DNA from: Takakia lepidozioides
Taxonomy: Eukaryota; Plantae; Bryophyta
Direction of reading: 5' to 3'
NCBI GenBank assembly: GCA_030704615.1
Contig: CM060734.1
Location: 28,830,001-28,894,000, forward strand
Length of the DNA stretch: 64,000 nucleotides
Part shown: in pieces, positions 37,972-51,400 of the stretch
Layout: each line of letters starts with the position of its first letter
Numbering within the stretch: position 1 is the first letter of the stretch
Notes under the pieces: model-generated
Database searches by the model: none
Told to the model about the DNA's origin: nothing
The model's input: only the letters and a program-made list of their open reading frames with translations
Program-made: the position numbers and the translations under genes

Positions 37972-39541
37972 CCAACGGTCAGGCTGCGCCGCCTCCTGCC
38001 ACTTCAAACAGATAGAGTGCAGACATGTAAATGCGGTGCCGCAATATCGCTCTAATCAACCTGATGTTGTTACTATAATTTTGATTCGAGCTTGTCCACC
38101 ATCACTCAATTCCTTATAACCCAATATCCAAAGGTGCACGAAATGTTATATGACAATTTCGGGTTGACTGCTCTTCAAGAAGTACCTCATGTGCCTTGTA
38201 CACATGCCTCTAATCACGTTGTCGTTTGAGGTTATGGTGCAACTCTGGGTTGAATTTATCGTCCGTTGGGGGGGGGGGGCATTCATTGATGAACGGAATG
38301 TAACTGAGTTATAAGTCCATCTCCCTTTACTGGGAGTTTCTCTCACTCCTACTTTGAGCAATTGTAGTGTTGTTGGTAGTACACCCAGAAAGAACTCGGA
38401 AGGATGAGATGCATTGGAGTGATAGCTTGAGTTTGTCATCTCACTCAAGATTATGATGTTCTACAATCTGGACTCCCCCACCGGCTGTCTTTGGGTTGCT
38501 CAGACAGGAGGTCCTTTGTTCCGCTGTCTTTGGGTTGATCCTTTGCAGGGAACAGAGGATTACATCGTATATCTGCTTGAGTACACGAATTTGTGTACCA
38601 TTCTGCATGCAAAGCAAGTTACTGTAAGTATGTTCCTTTTCATTTCTCCCAACCTTACCTCCACTCTCTGACCATATTTGAGTTCTGTGATACTCGAGCC
38701 TGATCTTGCGAGGGTGTTTTCTTGTCTGTGATTTTGTCATTTAAAAAGGATTGACCACAGGGCTCATCCGCTCAAGGCAATGGCATCTATCTAAACTTGA
38801 ACTTGCACTGTAACTAGTCTATTATTATATCTATCACATGTGCAGAGGAATATAGGTCGTTGGTTAATTGGTGATAAAAGGGTGTACTCCTTTGGTAGAG
38901 AGAAAGAGAAAGAAATTTGGTTTGCAGGAGTCCTCATGTATATATGACGCCAACCGAAGCTAACGTAAATAGGAGTTTTTTCCCCTTGTGGTTACTGCCC
39001 CATTTCAGGGGTGGGCTCTATCCGCACCATAACCTGTTACATTGTGGCTAGCTGGCCACTTTCAATCTTACGTTTATTGAGGATTAGGGATGTGAGTGAT
39101 GTAATAGCTATGAAGTGCAAGGCTCGCAATAGAGGTCATGTAGTGTATTTGGGTGGTAGGTTGAGATTATCTTTCAAACCTTGGATATTATGGGTATGAA
39201 CACCGCTCCTGATACCCACAGTGATGACAGTCAGAGGTGTTGTGTTTCAGCCTCGCTGACGGAGGGCATGTATGATTGAGTCATATTTTTTGTGTTTGTA
39301 TATAATTGATTGATCTGGATTTCGATCATGGCAGAATGTCAATTCCAAAAAATGTAGTTTGAGAGATAGAAGCAGCTTCGACGGCGGCAATGCTAGTACA
39401 GGAAGCCCCTGGACTAGCAAAATATTTGGGCATAGCTTTGCCAGGCAAAGGCAGGGTGCCCTTGGGAGCGTACACACGTTAATAGCCATGGGGGTATAGT
39501 GTGGTCCGATGGGCGACCTTGGAATGTGCCTGCATTGATGA

Positions 39542-39628
39542 TGTCGTGCGCATACATATCGCTACACAACTACATCGCTGTCCAAACCACACCACACATA
39601 TATGCACAACAAAGTAGTCTGCCACAAT
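39542..39628 (-). repeat. Fragment of the Gypsy LTR end
   Basis: Near-identical to 17753-17839 (TGTCGTGCGCATACATATCGCTACACAAC...). Confidence 0.85.
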
Positions 39629-39639
39629 GATAAAGAACT

Positions 39640-41340
39640 AAAAAATCACTCATATTTGGTTAAGCCCGGGGCACCCCACGCTATGGGGAATCCACCCCAC
39701 AACAACCTATTCTCATCAGGGGGAGTACATGGAGGGTGGGGTTTGGGATCCATGGCGGGGGTTTAAAGAGCTGTTGGATAATTAGTGTAATGGTGTGGTG
39801 GATTGGAAAGGGGGTGGAGTATTGGGAAGAGATTGAGTGGGTGGAGGAGGTATGTATAAGAGCCCAAGGTAAGCGCTTGGGGGTTGGGATCCGGGGGTGG
39901 GGAGGTGGCTGGTGGGGCGGGTGGACGGGAAAGGCCAGGGGTGTTATAGGAGGATGGTGGCTAGGGGGGGGAGGGTAGAGTAGGCGGCTGTAGGGTGGTA
40001 TGGGTGGAATGAGGTGCCAGGATCTGGATGGAAGTAGGGTGAGGGTCAGGGGGGATGAGTTGCGTGGCTCGATGAGTGGGGGTAAGGATGAGTGTTGATG
40101 AGGGCATTCGTGAGTGGGGGAAATGATGGTCAAGGTACCACGGACTATCCAGGTGGAATGATTTTGAATAGGGGTTATGTGGCGCGTATGATCATCGGCC
40201 ACGTGCCAGGAGCAGGGCAGGTGATAGGTTACTGTGACGGGCAAGGCTGGGTGGGCAGGGAGTGGAAAGCTACTCACTCTGGGGCGATGACGAAGGATGT
40301 GAGAGGGTGGCAGGAAGAGGCGGGGCGTGGGGGTGTAGTTGTGTATGTTAATGGGAACGAACAGTGGGGAAGCCATGCATTGCACCGGATGTTATGTAGG
40401 GAGTAGTGGCTGAGAGAGCGGGTAGTGTTGGGTGTGTTGGTAGGGACGCGGTCGTGGTACTTTGCGTCATGGATTGCACGTGGTCCAGAATGCTCATCAC
40501 GCGCGCAATGGCAGCACTGAATCGCGACAGGGGGAAAGAGGGGGGTGGTGGTGGAGTAGGGGGGTGTTTGAACAAGTGTGGGCAGAGCAGGGGAGTAGAG
40601 AAGAGATCACGACAATGCATATTGGAATTGAGAATTACAAAGTGGCTGTGGCAAAACGTGAGAGAGAGAGAAGTTGTGTGAGCAAAGTGAGCACTAAGAA
40701 GGGAGAGCGAGCTGGCGCGTTCTACTGGCAGGAACTTGGCCGTGGCGATCTGTCGTAGACTTAGGCATTATCCGTGTTGGCATGCATGGTGAGAGTGCTC
40801 GTCAACTAAGCGTGGTGGGTGTGCGTGGGCGGCACAGGGTCAGGAAGCGGCTGGAGAGACGCTTTGGCAATGGTGGTCGGCCCGGATAAGAATCCCAGGG
40901 GAGTGGAGAGCGGGAGCTCGATCAGAGCCAGGGGCTTGGGGCCTCTACCTTGCACATCCGCCATGGTGCCGTGGGAGACGTGTGTAGACACCCCTGGGGG
41001 GGGGAGGCAGTTTGTCCAATACTAGCTTAGCGTGGTTGTAGAAGTTTTCCAGATTAGCTCCAAGATTTTCGTGATGGAGTCTTGGAGAGACACAAGGTAA
41101 TTGTGGTGAGCTTCGTGTTGGGTTGCCATGGTGAGGGTGACCGTGTTCTCCATGCTCGCCAGATCACCCTTGAATTCGGTTTTGATAGAGATGGCGTGCG
41201 TAGCCAGTTTCTTGTCAATCTCTGACATTAGGAATTTGTGCCCATGCTTGGAAGTCAATGTTGATTTGATGGTGAGGGAGTTGATAGTGTCGGCCAGTGC
41301 TTGGTTGATGTTAGCAACTCTCAGTCGTTCCAGAATCTCG
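39640..41340 (-). mobile_element. Degenerate C-rich LINE-like remnants
   Basis: G-rich plus strand with Pro-rich broken minus-strand ORFs, similar in composition to other LINE remnants here. Confidence 0.35.
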
Positions 41341-41828
41341 GATTGAAAGAAAGTAATCCACAGAGAGAAAACAAGAGGAAATGAAATGAAATGAACTGAA
41401 AAAGAGAGAGAGAGAGAGAGAGAAATGAAATGAAATGAAACGGTACGTTATAACATCCGCGGAAAGCTCAAAGAGCTTGTGGGACAAAATGGAAAAGACA
41501 TGAGAGAGGAAACAAAACCAGAGCCAAAAAACAACCCAAAAGCAATTACTGCTCAAGGGATTGTCTAAGGGTCAAGGCCTCGTGCAGGTAAGCTGCCAAG
41601 CATTTTTCATCCTCATAGTGGAAGACTTCAGTGAGAGATTGAGTCCCTCGGAATAGATAGTGAAATCTCCACGGATCTCATAATATAGAGGGCAATAAAA
41701 GAAGTGTTCTTCAGTTTCAATTTCCTGGTTGCGCCCGGTGAGGACTGATGGAGAGGTTTTCCCATCTAGTCTCTATCCGTAGATTGTGGGAGCCCACCCT
41801 GAATTGCCCCAATGCCCTCGGAGGGGAG
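41341..41828 (-). mobile_element. LINE 3' end (family B; zinc-knuckle C-terminus and (CATTT)n tail)
   Basis: Encodes RALGQFRVGSHNLRIETRWEN...IETEEHFF...CPLY. (GAAAT)n on the plus strand. Homologous to 49085-49825 and 51690-52450. Confidence 0.85.
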
Positions 41829-43583
41829 TTGTTTTGTTTCACCTGCCCAATCAAGCTCACATTCATACATGGATGAATGTTTTGGATAGAATATGGATAG
41901 AATAGCAAATGAATGGTAATGATAAAATAGGAAGAAAGTTTCATCTATACATCCAATCAGTCAGGGAGTAGAATTCAAAATTTGGTGGTATGGCATGGGA
42001 TGGGATGGCATGAGGTGGGATGGGATGGTATGAGAGGCAGGAAGGGGACGAGGAGGCAGGCAGCCCGCCCAGCACGGTCCTCTAACGGTCCAGCTGTCGC
42101 AGTTCGGTTTTTGTCATAGCCTTGCGCACCAGCCAACCAGAGGAATCTGCTGCCCTTTCTCTCCTGGGCAAACCTCATCTTCCCTACCCGTCTCGAGGAA
42201 CATGGGCACCGAGTTGCGTGCATTCAATGTGAATATGGAACTAGTAGCATGATTGTGGGGGTGTAGATTGGGGTTTTTTTTATGAATGTGGTGGAGCGAA
42301 TTGCCGTTGATGGGGGACCCTGACATTGCGATGCTCTCGGCTCAGAAAGGACGGGTGCGAAGCTTTGAGGATCAGCGGATTGATGGCCTCTGTATTGCAC
42401 TGTCATTTCTCTGTGGTCACAATCAAGCCGTTGCGCTCGACGGCAACGTGTATGTAAAGGTATTGTCTCTGATACCACGGGTAGTTTTTGGTTTTCTAGG
42501 GTTTGGAAAACATGGACATTGCTGGGCGGGGTTTGAATAGCTTCGACTGTTGTGTTTTGATGTTTGTGTTCTTGGATACGCAAGTCTCAAGGGGTGTGTT
42601 TCTAATGCCGTAACTGTCCCCCTTGCATTGATGAAAAATTGCCAGATCCGTGCTGCTGCCACATGCCTTGTCTGTGCTGTATGTCCTTGTAAATTTTGTG
42701 AGGTCCTCTTGCTTGCTATATCAGCCACCTTTATGATTTGAGGATTCATTAATGCTCGCTAAGGTTCAAAAGAATGTAGGCAATTTATTTCAATGTCCAG
42801 AACGGTATTCAGCTGAGCCAAGTTTTGCAGTGTAGAGCACTGTAAGCAGTTGATCTGAGCTGAAATTTACGTTTATTGGTCGTGTCTCTGTAATAAACTA
42901 TATTTGGATTCCAGTGTGCTGGTTTAGACTGTGGTGCATTTCTCTGGAGAGATAATTGTAGTACGTGGTCAAATTGTTGACTGCTGAGTACCTCATATCG
43001 GTGCTGATAAATGCAGTTGTAAATGTTATTTTGTTACCACCTTACATTGTTATCATATATATTGTTCAATTCTGTTATTTAACCCTGCAGGGCCAATTTG
43101 ATCCTATCTTAATACGGTAGAAATTTTGGTTGCACAGTGGAATTTTCAGGTTTTTGAGTAGACGAGGTCATGAAGTATTTTGGGCCAACTGCGTTAGGGT
43201 TAGGGCTTGAACAAGCCACAGCATGTACAAAGATCATCAGTGATTGAACACTTCGCTGTGCCAGTTGTATTTTTAGGTTGTTGTTGTCAGGGTACACTTT
43301 TGAGCTGGACTTTCTCCACCTGACTTCAACACCTGTGAGTTAGTCAACCGATTGTACTGATATAGGGTGATCAGAAATTTGGGATTTGGAAAATACTGAG
43401 CTTTGTGTTCAGCTTGTTGATAATGTTTGGGTTGAAGAATTTTTTTTTTGCTGTTACATATGTTTTTACTGAGGGTGTTTCTATTTTGCATGTATCTTTG
43501 TGCATGCATGTTACTGTGTTTTGTATGGTAAGGAATGTGAGATGAAGAGAAACTGGGTATATGTGTGTGTGGAGAGTGAGAGA

Positions 43584-43756
43584 ATGTACTAATAAGATGT
43601 TGTTTGCTGTAGCCTTGTGGCCATTGACCCCGCGCCCAGTTTGTGTGGAACACAAAGGGACAGAAACTACCTTTGTCAGGGGCTGACGCCGGTAGTAAGA
43701 CTTACCTTGAAACATGCAATTGATCCGAGTTTTCCAGATATCCTCTAGAAATCACA
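43584..43756 (-). mobile_element. Family A LINE 3' fragment with a 14-bp TSD
   Basis: TSD TGGAGAGTGAGAGA at 43570-43583 and 43757-43770. Encodes ...QTGRGVNGHKATANNIL. Confidence 0.85.
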
Positions 43757-45431
43757 TGGAGAGTGAGAGAGAAAGTTAGAGAGTGTTCTGGAGCCTTTGT
43801 TTGGTGTAGTCTGGTGGTCAGCCTTTATCACGACATCCCTAATTTGAAATTGTGTGTCTGTCTGCCTGCAGGAATGTGTTAGTGATGACTTTCTACCTCC
43901 TTTATGCTGTCTTGGAGACAAAGTAGATGGTGGGACATTCCAAATGAAAGCTTTTGAGGTTCACATGTGATTTGCAAGAGTGATGATGCTACGGGTTTGT
44001 TGCATCCAAATTCCTTTTTATCCAAAGATTAATGATGGTGCTTGATTCAAAGCATTGTTGTGTGCATTGTTGTTGGAAGATGAAGCACATTCAGTGGTCA
44101 TTGCCAGTTTTTCCTTGTTTGATCTCAAATGCTCCTTAGAGCTGTTTCCTCATACAATTGTCCTCTCAGAGTGTTATGATTATGGTATGACGAAGTAAGT
44201 GTGGTCTAACAATCACACACTAGGAATAGTGGGCAGGTGTGGACTTGATTGCAGTGAATCAGTATGTCATTGCTGTCGCAGGTCTAGCAATCAGGACAGT
44301 TACTGCTTGAGATATGATGTCAAGTCTCTAATGAACTGGGACCCAAACCAAGTGAAGACCCTGGATCTGAGCCAGGGTCTCAGCGATAGTCAATGCAGTG
44401 CCAGGTTCCATGGATTCAGGAGCTGGTGCTGTAGCCAGCATAGACAACAACGAGCCTTCACCTCGCTGTCTTAGAATTGAAAAAGCTAATGGCTGGATTG
44501 AGATTCTAAAATCCCTGATCCAATGATCAATACAGACTGCCTAGTTTGGAAGGAGGAGAAAAATATTAAGTATTGGTGTTCTTAAAACCAGTTCTTATCT
44601 ACCTTCCTCATATTAGTCGGTTCTGAAGTTCTCTCTATATGGAACCAATCCAAAAATACAAATCCATATTTCGGAAGGCTTCACTTTGTTAGCCAGGCAT
44701 CTGTGTGTATTGACATCCTCCCAAGCTACGCAATACTGTGAAAGTTGCCTGGCATTTCTTGCTGCAGTTGAAAAACTCTGGAAACTACCAACTCCCAAAC
44801 TCTCGATCCTCTCTTTAAGAGGATGGCTACGGATCCAATGAACTACCTTGCGCGCGTGACTCAAGCAGGATCTTGCTTTTCAAGAGGATTGGTGAAGGGG
44901 GCTACAGTTTTTGGAGAAGGTAGTTGTGTGTATCTAATTTGTTGTGTATCTTTTGAAAGATATCCTGTGTATCACAAGATGGGCCTTCCTTATTATTTCC
45001 TTCTCTACCATTTGAGGTGAAATCGGGCTATCCTACAGTCAATCATTGGATCACATGTTCTGCCTGACCTTTCTATGTCAGGCTCGGATGGTTTGAGATA
45101 GGTGCCTTCTCTTTTCCACTTTGTCATTATTCACCCCATTCAGCTATGGCAGGGATGATGAGACCGAGAAACTGAAAATGGAAACATGTTTGTACTGTAC
45201 TAGAGTTATTGATATTCTGGTCTTTCTTTTCTGTATTTTTCTCTCAGTGATGATTCAGAATTTATTCCAGTAAGTAACAGTGGATTATCTGCCACAGGGC
45301 CGCCTTACCTCATCAGCAGCAAGACAGAGGAACCTCATGTGCATGAAATTTTCAGGACTCCTGGTTTATAGGAAATGCAGCAACTCACAGCGGCAGTGGA
45401 GCGAGTAGTGGGGTGTTCCTAGTAAACTTGA

Positions 45432-48400
45432 ATGGCTTTAGAGATTATTGGGAGGTTGGGTCTCTTCCACGACACGTCTGCCTCAAGCTCACCTATCAGT
45501 ACAGCAGCACAGTCGGTCTCCCCACATTTCCAGTCTGCATTGGTAAGCCCTCATTGGTCATCATGGCTATCCGGCAATCGCGTGTCTTGCAGCATCAGGG
45601 CTGTTCAGTCCTCGAAACAAAGGAGCTTGCTGTCATCCTCCAGGATGGGGAGATGTGGAATGTTTCCAAGCAGTGGTGCTGGACTTTCATCAGTTCCTGA
45701 GAGGTTTCTGGTAGTGCCCCAGACAAGACCACACACCATATGCCGCAAAGGAGAGGGAATTTCACTTTCATTGAGGACAGCAGTTGCATCTTCGACTCGT
45801 AGCTTTCCTAATGATGCCCTGTTCGGAAGAGTAAGGGTCAATGGAGAATGCAGTAATCTTCCTTTGGGATGGGAGGTTTGTAGAAGACAGAATTGTCAGT
45901 GCAGATATGGTCACAGCTGTGCAAAAGAACAAAGGTTTCGATGGCTGGCCAAGGGAAGGCCTGGCTCCGACACACCAACATATATCGGTGAGAGTATGAA
46001 TTATGGAACGATAGATGTGCATCTTCGATCCTTATTGTCAAGTACAAAGCTACACAGAAGGCTGTTGCATGCCTTGCATTTTGGCCTTGGTGGATGGTGC
46101 CATGGGGAGGCTGCACATCCAAGCTCGTTGTTGCAGGTTAGGGCCTCTGGTTAGGCTAGGTATTTTGTTCTCTGTGTCCGTGGTTTAACCACTGTTTGTG
46201 GAATGTATCTAACTTGCTTCCTTTCCTCTGAGCTTTCCTATGTCATTAGTGGTTAGCAATCAGCAATATTAGATTATCCTGCAGTTAGGTTTTCATGTTC
46301 CCGCTGTGATGTTCGATTTGCTTTCATCTCAATTTCGAGTTACATGTTTCTGCAACATAATGTGACTCGTGAGCATCATCGACAGATGGTCAAGTGGTTA
46401 AGGCAGAAGGCCATTTGGGTTGTCTCTGGGTAAAGCAGTCACTTCACGTTTTGGGTACTTGGAGCAGTTATGGTGGTTGGAGGATGTCCATCTCCCACAC
46501 GTGAAGCTGGTGCAGGCTTAATTGACGCTTGCTTCGGCTTGTCCTCTTTACGTAATTATCCTGATAGGTCTTTGATTGTTGGGGCACCTGATGGGGCACC
46601 TTGATGTGGTAACGCAGTCATGATGTTAATGCAGTTATGATGTTATGATGTCCACTTAATGCGCCATCCACATTGATTGCAGTTTCCCTAGCATCCAATT
46701 TGTCCATTGTCTGTGCAGCATCCAGGGAAAGGTGTTGGAGCGGCTGCAGGAAGTTTGACGGTCTATTTGAAAGGGACACGGTTGCAAAGCCTGTTGAGGG
46801 ATACAGGCTGGTCTTCTCGGTCTGATGGGGTGGATGATCCAAGGTGTGGGGTTGCTGAGGTGGGTGCCGTAAAAAAATCACAGCCATGTAGGCACTATGA
46901 AGGGCTGCCCGAGGTGGATTTGTGCACAAAGATAGCTTGCTTTCGACAAAGTCGGTGTACCTGCTATTCCGCCAAGTCCCTTAGAGTAGAGCCCACGCCA
47001 GCCCACCCCTTGACATCAGCGAGGTATTGCATCCTCACTTTTCTCTCATTTTCTCTTCCTACCACACATTCCTGTGCGGTTTTCTAGGCACTGATTGGTA
47101 GTGATATATCTGTGGTCAAATTGGGGGCTATATTGGCTGCAGTGCTGGAACCACTAGCATGATGACTGCACCAGATGGGAATTTTTCCCAGGGTAATGGC
47201 AAATCGAAGATTGCAAAGCGCATATCCATTCTCTTCAGTGCGTTATCTTTACAGGCTTTTGTGGCTGTTATCTTTTGCTTAGTTCCAATAGCACCTTGTC
47301 GGGGGAGTTGGACTGATGTCAATTCACAACTAGGGCTCTCCTGCAGTTCAGGACATCATGTCTTTCTTCATTTGAAGACAACAGTTGAACAGATTCAGGG
47401 AGATGGTATCCAGGGATTGTCTCTGGGTATGTAATCGAGAGCTACTTGTTTTGGTTCTATCACAGTGTTTCTGGTCCCTCGGAGTCCAGAAGTGTATAGT
47501 GTTGATGGTTACATTGACAAAAGTAACATTATTTCTGTGAATGTTGAGGATATGCCACATGGGGGTCATTGTAGGCCAAGAAGGTCCACAGAGCAAGAGA
47601 AGCTGCTGCACCGACGGATCCAGCGTCAGTGTGTTCCACAGTCACGTGATACACCACCCAAGAGGGGTGCGTATGTACTTTGTCTTTGTTGGTTTTGCTT
47701 CACATATTTTCCCTTAGAGCACTAAGTACAAACATCACTTGCGAACAAATGTGGACCAAACAGTGTAATGGCTTCCTTGGTGGGGAGGAGGAACTGACAT
47801 TCAACAAGGATTCTGTGAAATATTTTGGGCCCGTAATTCTTACCTGGCCTTAGTATGAGAGCACAAATTTAGAAACAAGCTGAGTTCAAGGAGAAGTTGT
47901 ACACAGCACTATGTCCAAAAATGTTTAGAGCTGTAGTCTAAGTCCACAGCCCAAACACAAAAGAGAAATGTCAGCTGGAATGTGATTTTGGCCTACGGGA
48001 GACAGATACAGGGATTGCAAGTGAGAAGGATTGGGGGATCAACCTGAAAAACGAGAAGACAAGTGAGACTGGCTTAAATGATGATGGCAGCAGCTGGTAT
48101 CGTGAGAGTGGGGAAGACCTGGGTGATAATGGATATCGTTGCCGCTGGAGTGTCATGGGTGGCCGTAGTGCTGATGGCTCCTCCGAGTGGAAAGAAGCTG
48201 TATGAGATTGTTTTCATTTTTATGACACTTAAATTTCATTATAGGGGATTCACCTTGGATCTTGAGGACAATTTCAATGTGACTGTGATTCATCAGTTCT
48301 TCGTACATAGGTTGAGCTTGTGTTTGTTGATCAAAGACTCCCTCTGTAGTCCCACTGCTGAAATCTCACATCTGTAGGACCTCAAGATGTACATTTGGCA

Positions 48401-51400
48401 TGTCTTGAGTGAAGACGAATGAACAGTGCCCCTTGAGTGGGAGAAAGCTCATAGTTGTGCTCAGCATGGGATATTTTTGCTGTGGAATCGATCAGAGAAT
48501 GCACAGGTCAGCTAAGTTGTAGTGAAGAAACACTGATGGATTTTCCAATGCTGGATCCATTGGGTTTAAAGAATGGAACTGTATCTGCATGTGATGGTGG
48601 TTGGCAGTGGTGGGAAAAGAGCGACTGGACAGGCTACAAGGAGCTTGGTAAGTTGCACTGCTGCCCTTCCTGTGATTGTATACTTGAAAGTTTTGGAACT
48701 AACTCTTATTGAACTTCAGATAATCAGCAAATTTCTGCTAGTGACATTAAATGGAGAAGTTTACTCGGTAGCCTGCAGGATCTGAATGCAATTGTGGAGG
48801 TTGATGGTCAGACAGTGAGTTTGAACAAGGCTTTATTGGTACTCAACTGAAGAGGGGAGTGTTGGCTACAGGTGCCGAGAAGTCAGGTAAGAATGCACAA
48901 GGAGATACCTGGTGGGAAACGTGGCAGGAGGTTCTCCGTCAGGATGATTGGAGGTCTTCCTCTGTCTTTGTCTCGCTTCCCTGCACTTCAAAATTTATCC
49001 ACAATATTGTATAACTATAGATTGATCGATGGGCATACTTTCTCCTTTTTACCAAGTTAATTTGGGATTTTCCCCTCTTTCCCCTTTATCTCCTTCCCTC
49101 CTGAGGCATTGGGGCGGTTCAGGTTGGGCTCCCACAATCTACGGATAGATTGTACTTATAAGACGTTGTTTGCCGTAGCCTTGTGGCCATTGACCCCGCG
49201 CCCAGTTTGAGCGGGAACAAAAGGGACAGAACCTACCTCTGTCAGGGGCTGACGTTGCTAGTAAGACTTACCTCCATATAAAGAATTAATCCGGGTTTTC
49301 CAGATATCCTCTAGAAATCCCTTCACACAAGCATCAATCTGCTGTGTGTGATTTGCCCAAAAACTAGGCCTCAGGAGGGCCTGGGCTTTTGGCTCAGCCT
49401 CGAGACTTTCATAGTTGGTAAACAGGGGTACAGGCAATCTACGGATAGAGACTGGTAGATGGGAAACCTGTATCGGGAGGACAGCCTATGCCCAGCTTTG
49501 CCCCGGGCGCAACCAGGAAATTGAAACTGAAGAACACTTCTTCTTTTATTGCCCTCTATATTTTGACATCTGTAGGAGATTCCACTGTCTATTCCCTGGA
49601 ACTCAATCTCTCACTGAAGTCTTCCACTATGAGGATCAGAAATGCTTGGCAGCTTACCTGCACGAGGCCCCGACCCGTAGACAATCCCTTGAGCAGTAGT
49701 TGCTTTTGGGCTGTTGTTTTGCTCTGGTTTTGTTTCCTCTCTCTTGTTTTTCCCATTTTGTCCCATAAGCTCTTTGAGCTTTCCGTGGACGTTATAAAGT
49801 ACCATTTCATTTCATTTCATTTCCTTTGCATAGGTTGAGTAATGGGTGGATACCTTCTACCCATGCTGGCTGCTTTGGGTTATACCCATTTTCTTCTCTG
49901 AATTTTTGGTCACCAAATTTCCTGACCCTTGTATGCTTAAAGGACAGAAAGTTATTTAAGAACTCAGAAAGGTGATTATGTGTGTGGTTTTGGGATGACA
50001 TTGAAGTAATTTGGCGAGGATAGAGAAGAGTGCGCAAAAGCAGGCCAAGTCAGGAAGTGGGACAGCTGGCTGGTATGAGAAATGGTAAGATTCAATAGTT
50101 GTCATAGGCCTGTTCATAAACTTTGGTCTTTTCGTGTAGACATCATACTGTTTCATCGTGTTTTAAGTGTTCACCTCGCTTTTTTGTCGGAGCATGCTTG
50201 AAATATTTGACTGGAAATGGCTTTGCAGGTGGGAGAAGTATAATGCAAAAGGGTGGTCAGAGAAAGGTGCGCAGAAATATGGGCGCTTGAATGATCAAGG
50301 CTGGTGGGAGAAGTGGGGGGAGCAGTTCGACGGTCATGGGGCTGTTCTCAAATGGTTCCTGTCTATTTCCCACACTGTTAACTGAAAGCTCAAGTAGTTC
50401 TTGAAGACTTCAATTCACCTACAATAAGTACATCACTTCGCTTCATTCTTCACAAAAATACAGATTTTACCATCAGGAGAAATGAAGCAACCAAAAAGAA
50501 GCCGAGTGTGTGTGAATAGATGTCTATGTAGGCAACTGAACAGGGGAAGGATGCAATGCCCATGATTATGATTGCTGCAGGACGGACAAATGGGCGGAGG
50601 CAGACATGGGGACAAAGTGGGGGGACAAATGGGAAGAGAAGTTTGATCATGGGATTGGCACTCGTCAGGGGGAAACCTGGCACCATTCTGCCAACAGCGA
50701 ACGTGCGTCACTGCCTTTCCACTCCATTCTGGAAGCTACAGGCAGATAATCTGAGTTGGTATTGGTGATGTTTTGGTGTACCTGTGTCCATGAGTGAAGT
50801 GTGACGAAACAGTGACTGTTCTTTAGGTTTTCAAGAAGAAAGAGGTAACAAATTGTGCACTCATCAAAACGTAATTTGGTATGCAAAAATGAGTTCTACG
50901 GGGGAGGCAGGAGTCAGAATGGGCTAGCTCAGAGGAAATTGTTTTGATTGTGTAATCTTTTTGCTGCCTTCCATGCCTCCCTGTGTCCATTCATGTATGT
51001 GGTGACGCTGGTACTCACAAGCCCGTGCTTGATTCACTGTTCCACTTGATGGTACAGTCATGGAAGTTTTTTTGAAGCTGACAAGGTTGACATGACTTGC
51101 AGGGTGGTCAAGGACATGGGGAGAAGAGCACTTTGGAAATGGGTATTAAATTGTATCCTTGTCACATTGCTCAGTTGTGAAGTTGTTTAATGGAAATCAA
51201 TGTTAGGGCCCTGTTGGTACACCACATGGACCACGGTCTCACAACCTCAGAGGCGTATTTTGGAGGTCCATTCAGCTGGAAAGGGGACAAGGACTGTGTA
51301 AACAAGGACTCTACCAGGGTTATGTGTACGATGGTCAACAGGTCTGAGGGAAAGCCACTCTATTGTTAGCAGAATTTGCAAGCTGCTGAGAAATAGCACC

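Noticed and set aside
47142-47434. Possible extra ESV1 exon or separate membrane-protein ORF (47159-47434)
   Set aside because: It ends in a stop and has no ESV1 similarity. The splice from 47023 to 47575 restores the conserved frame without it.
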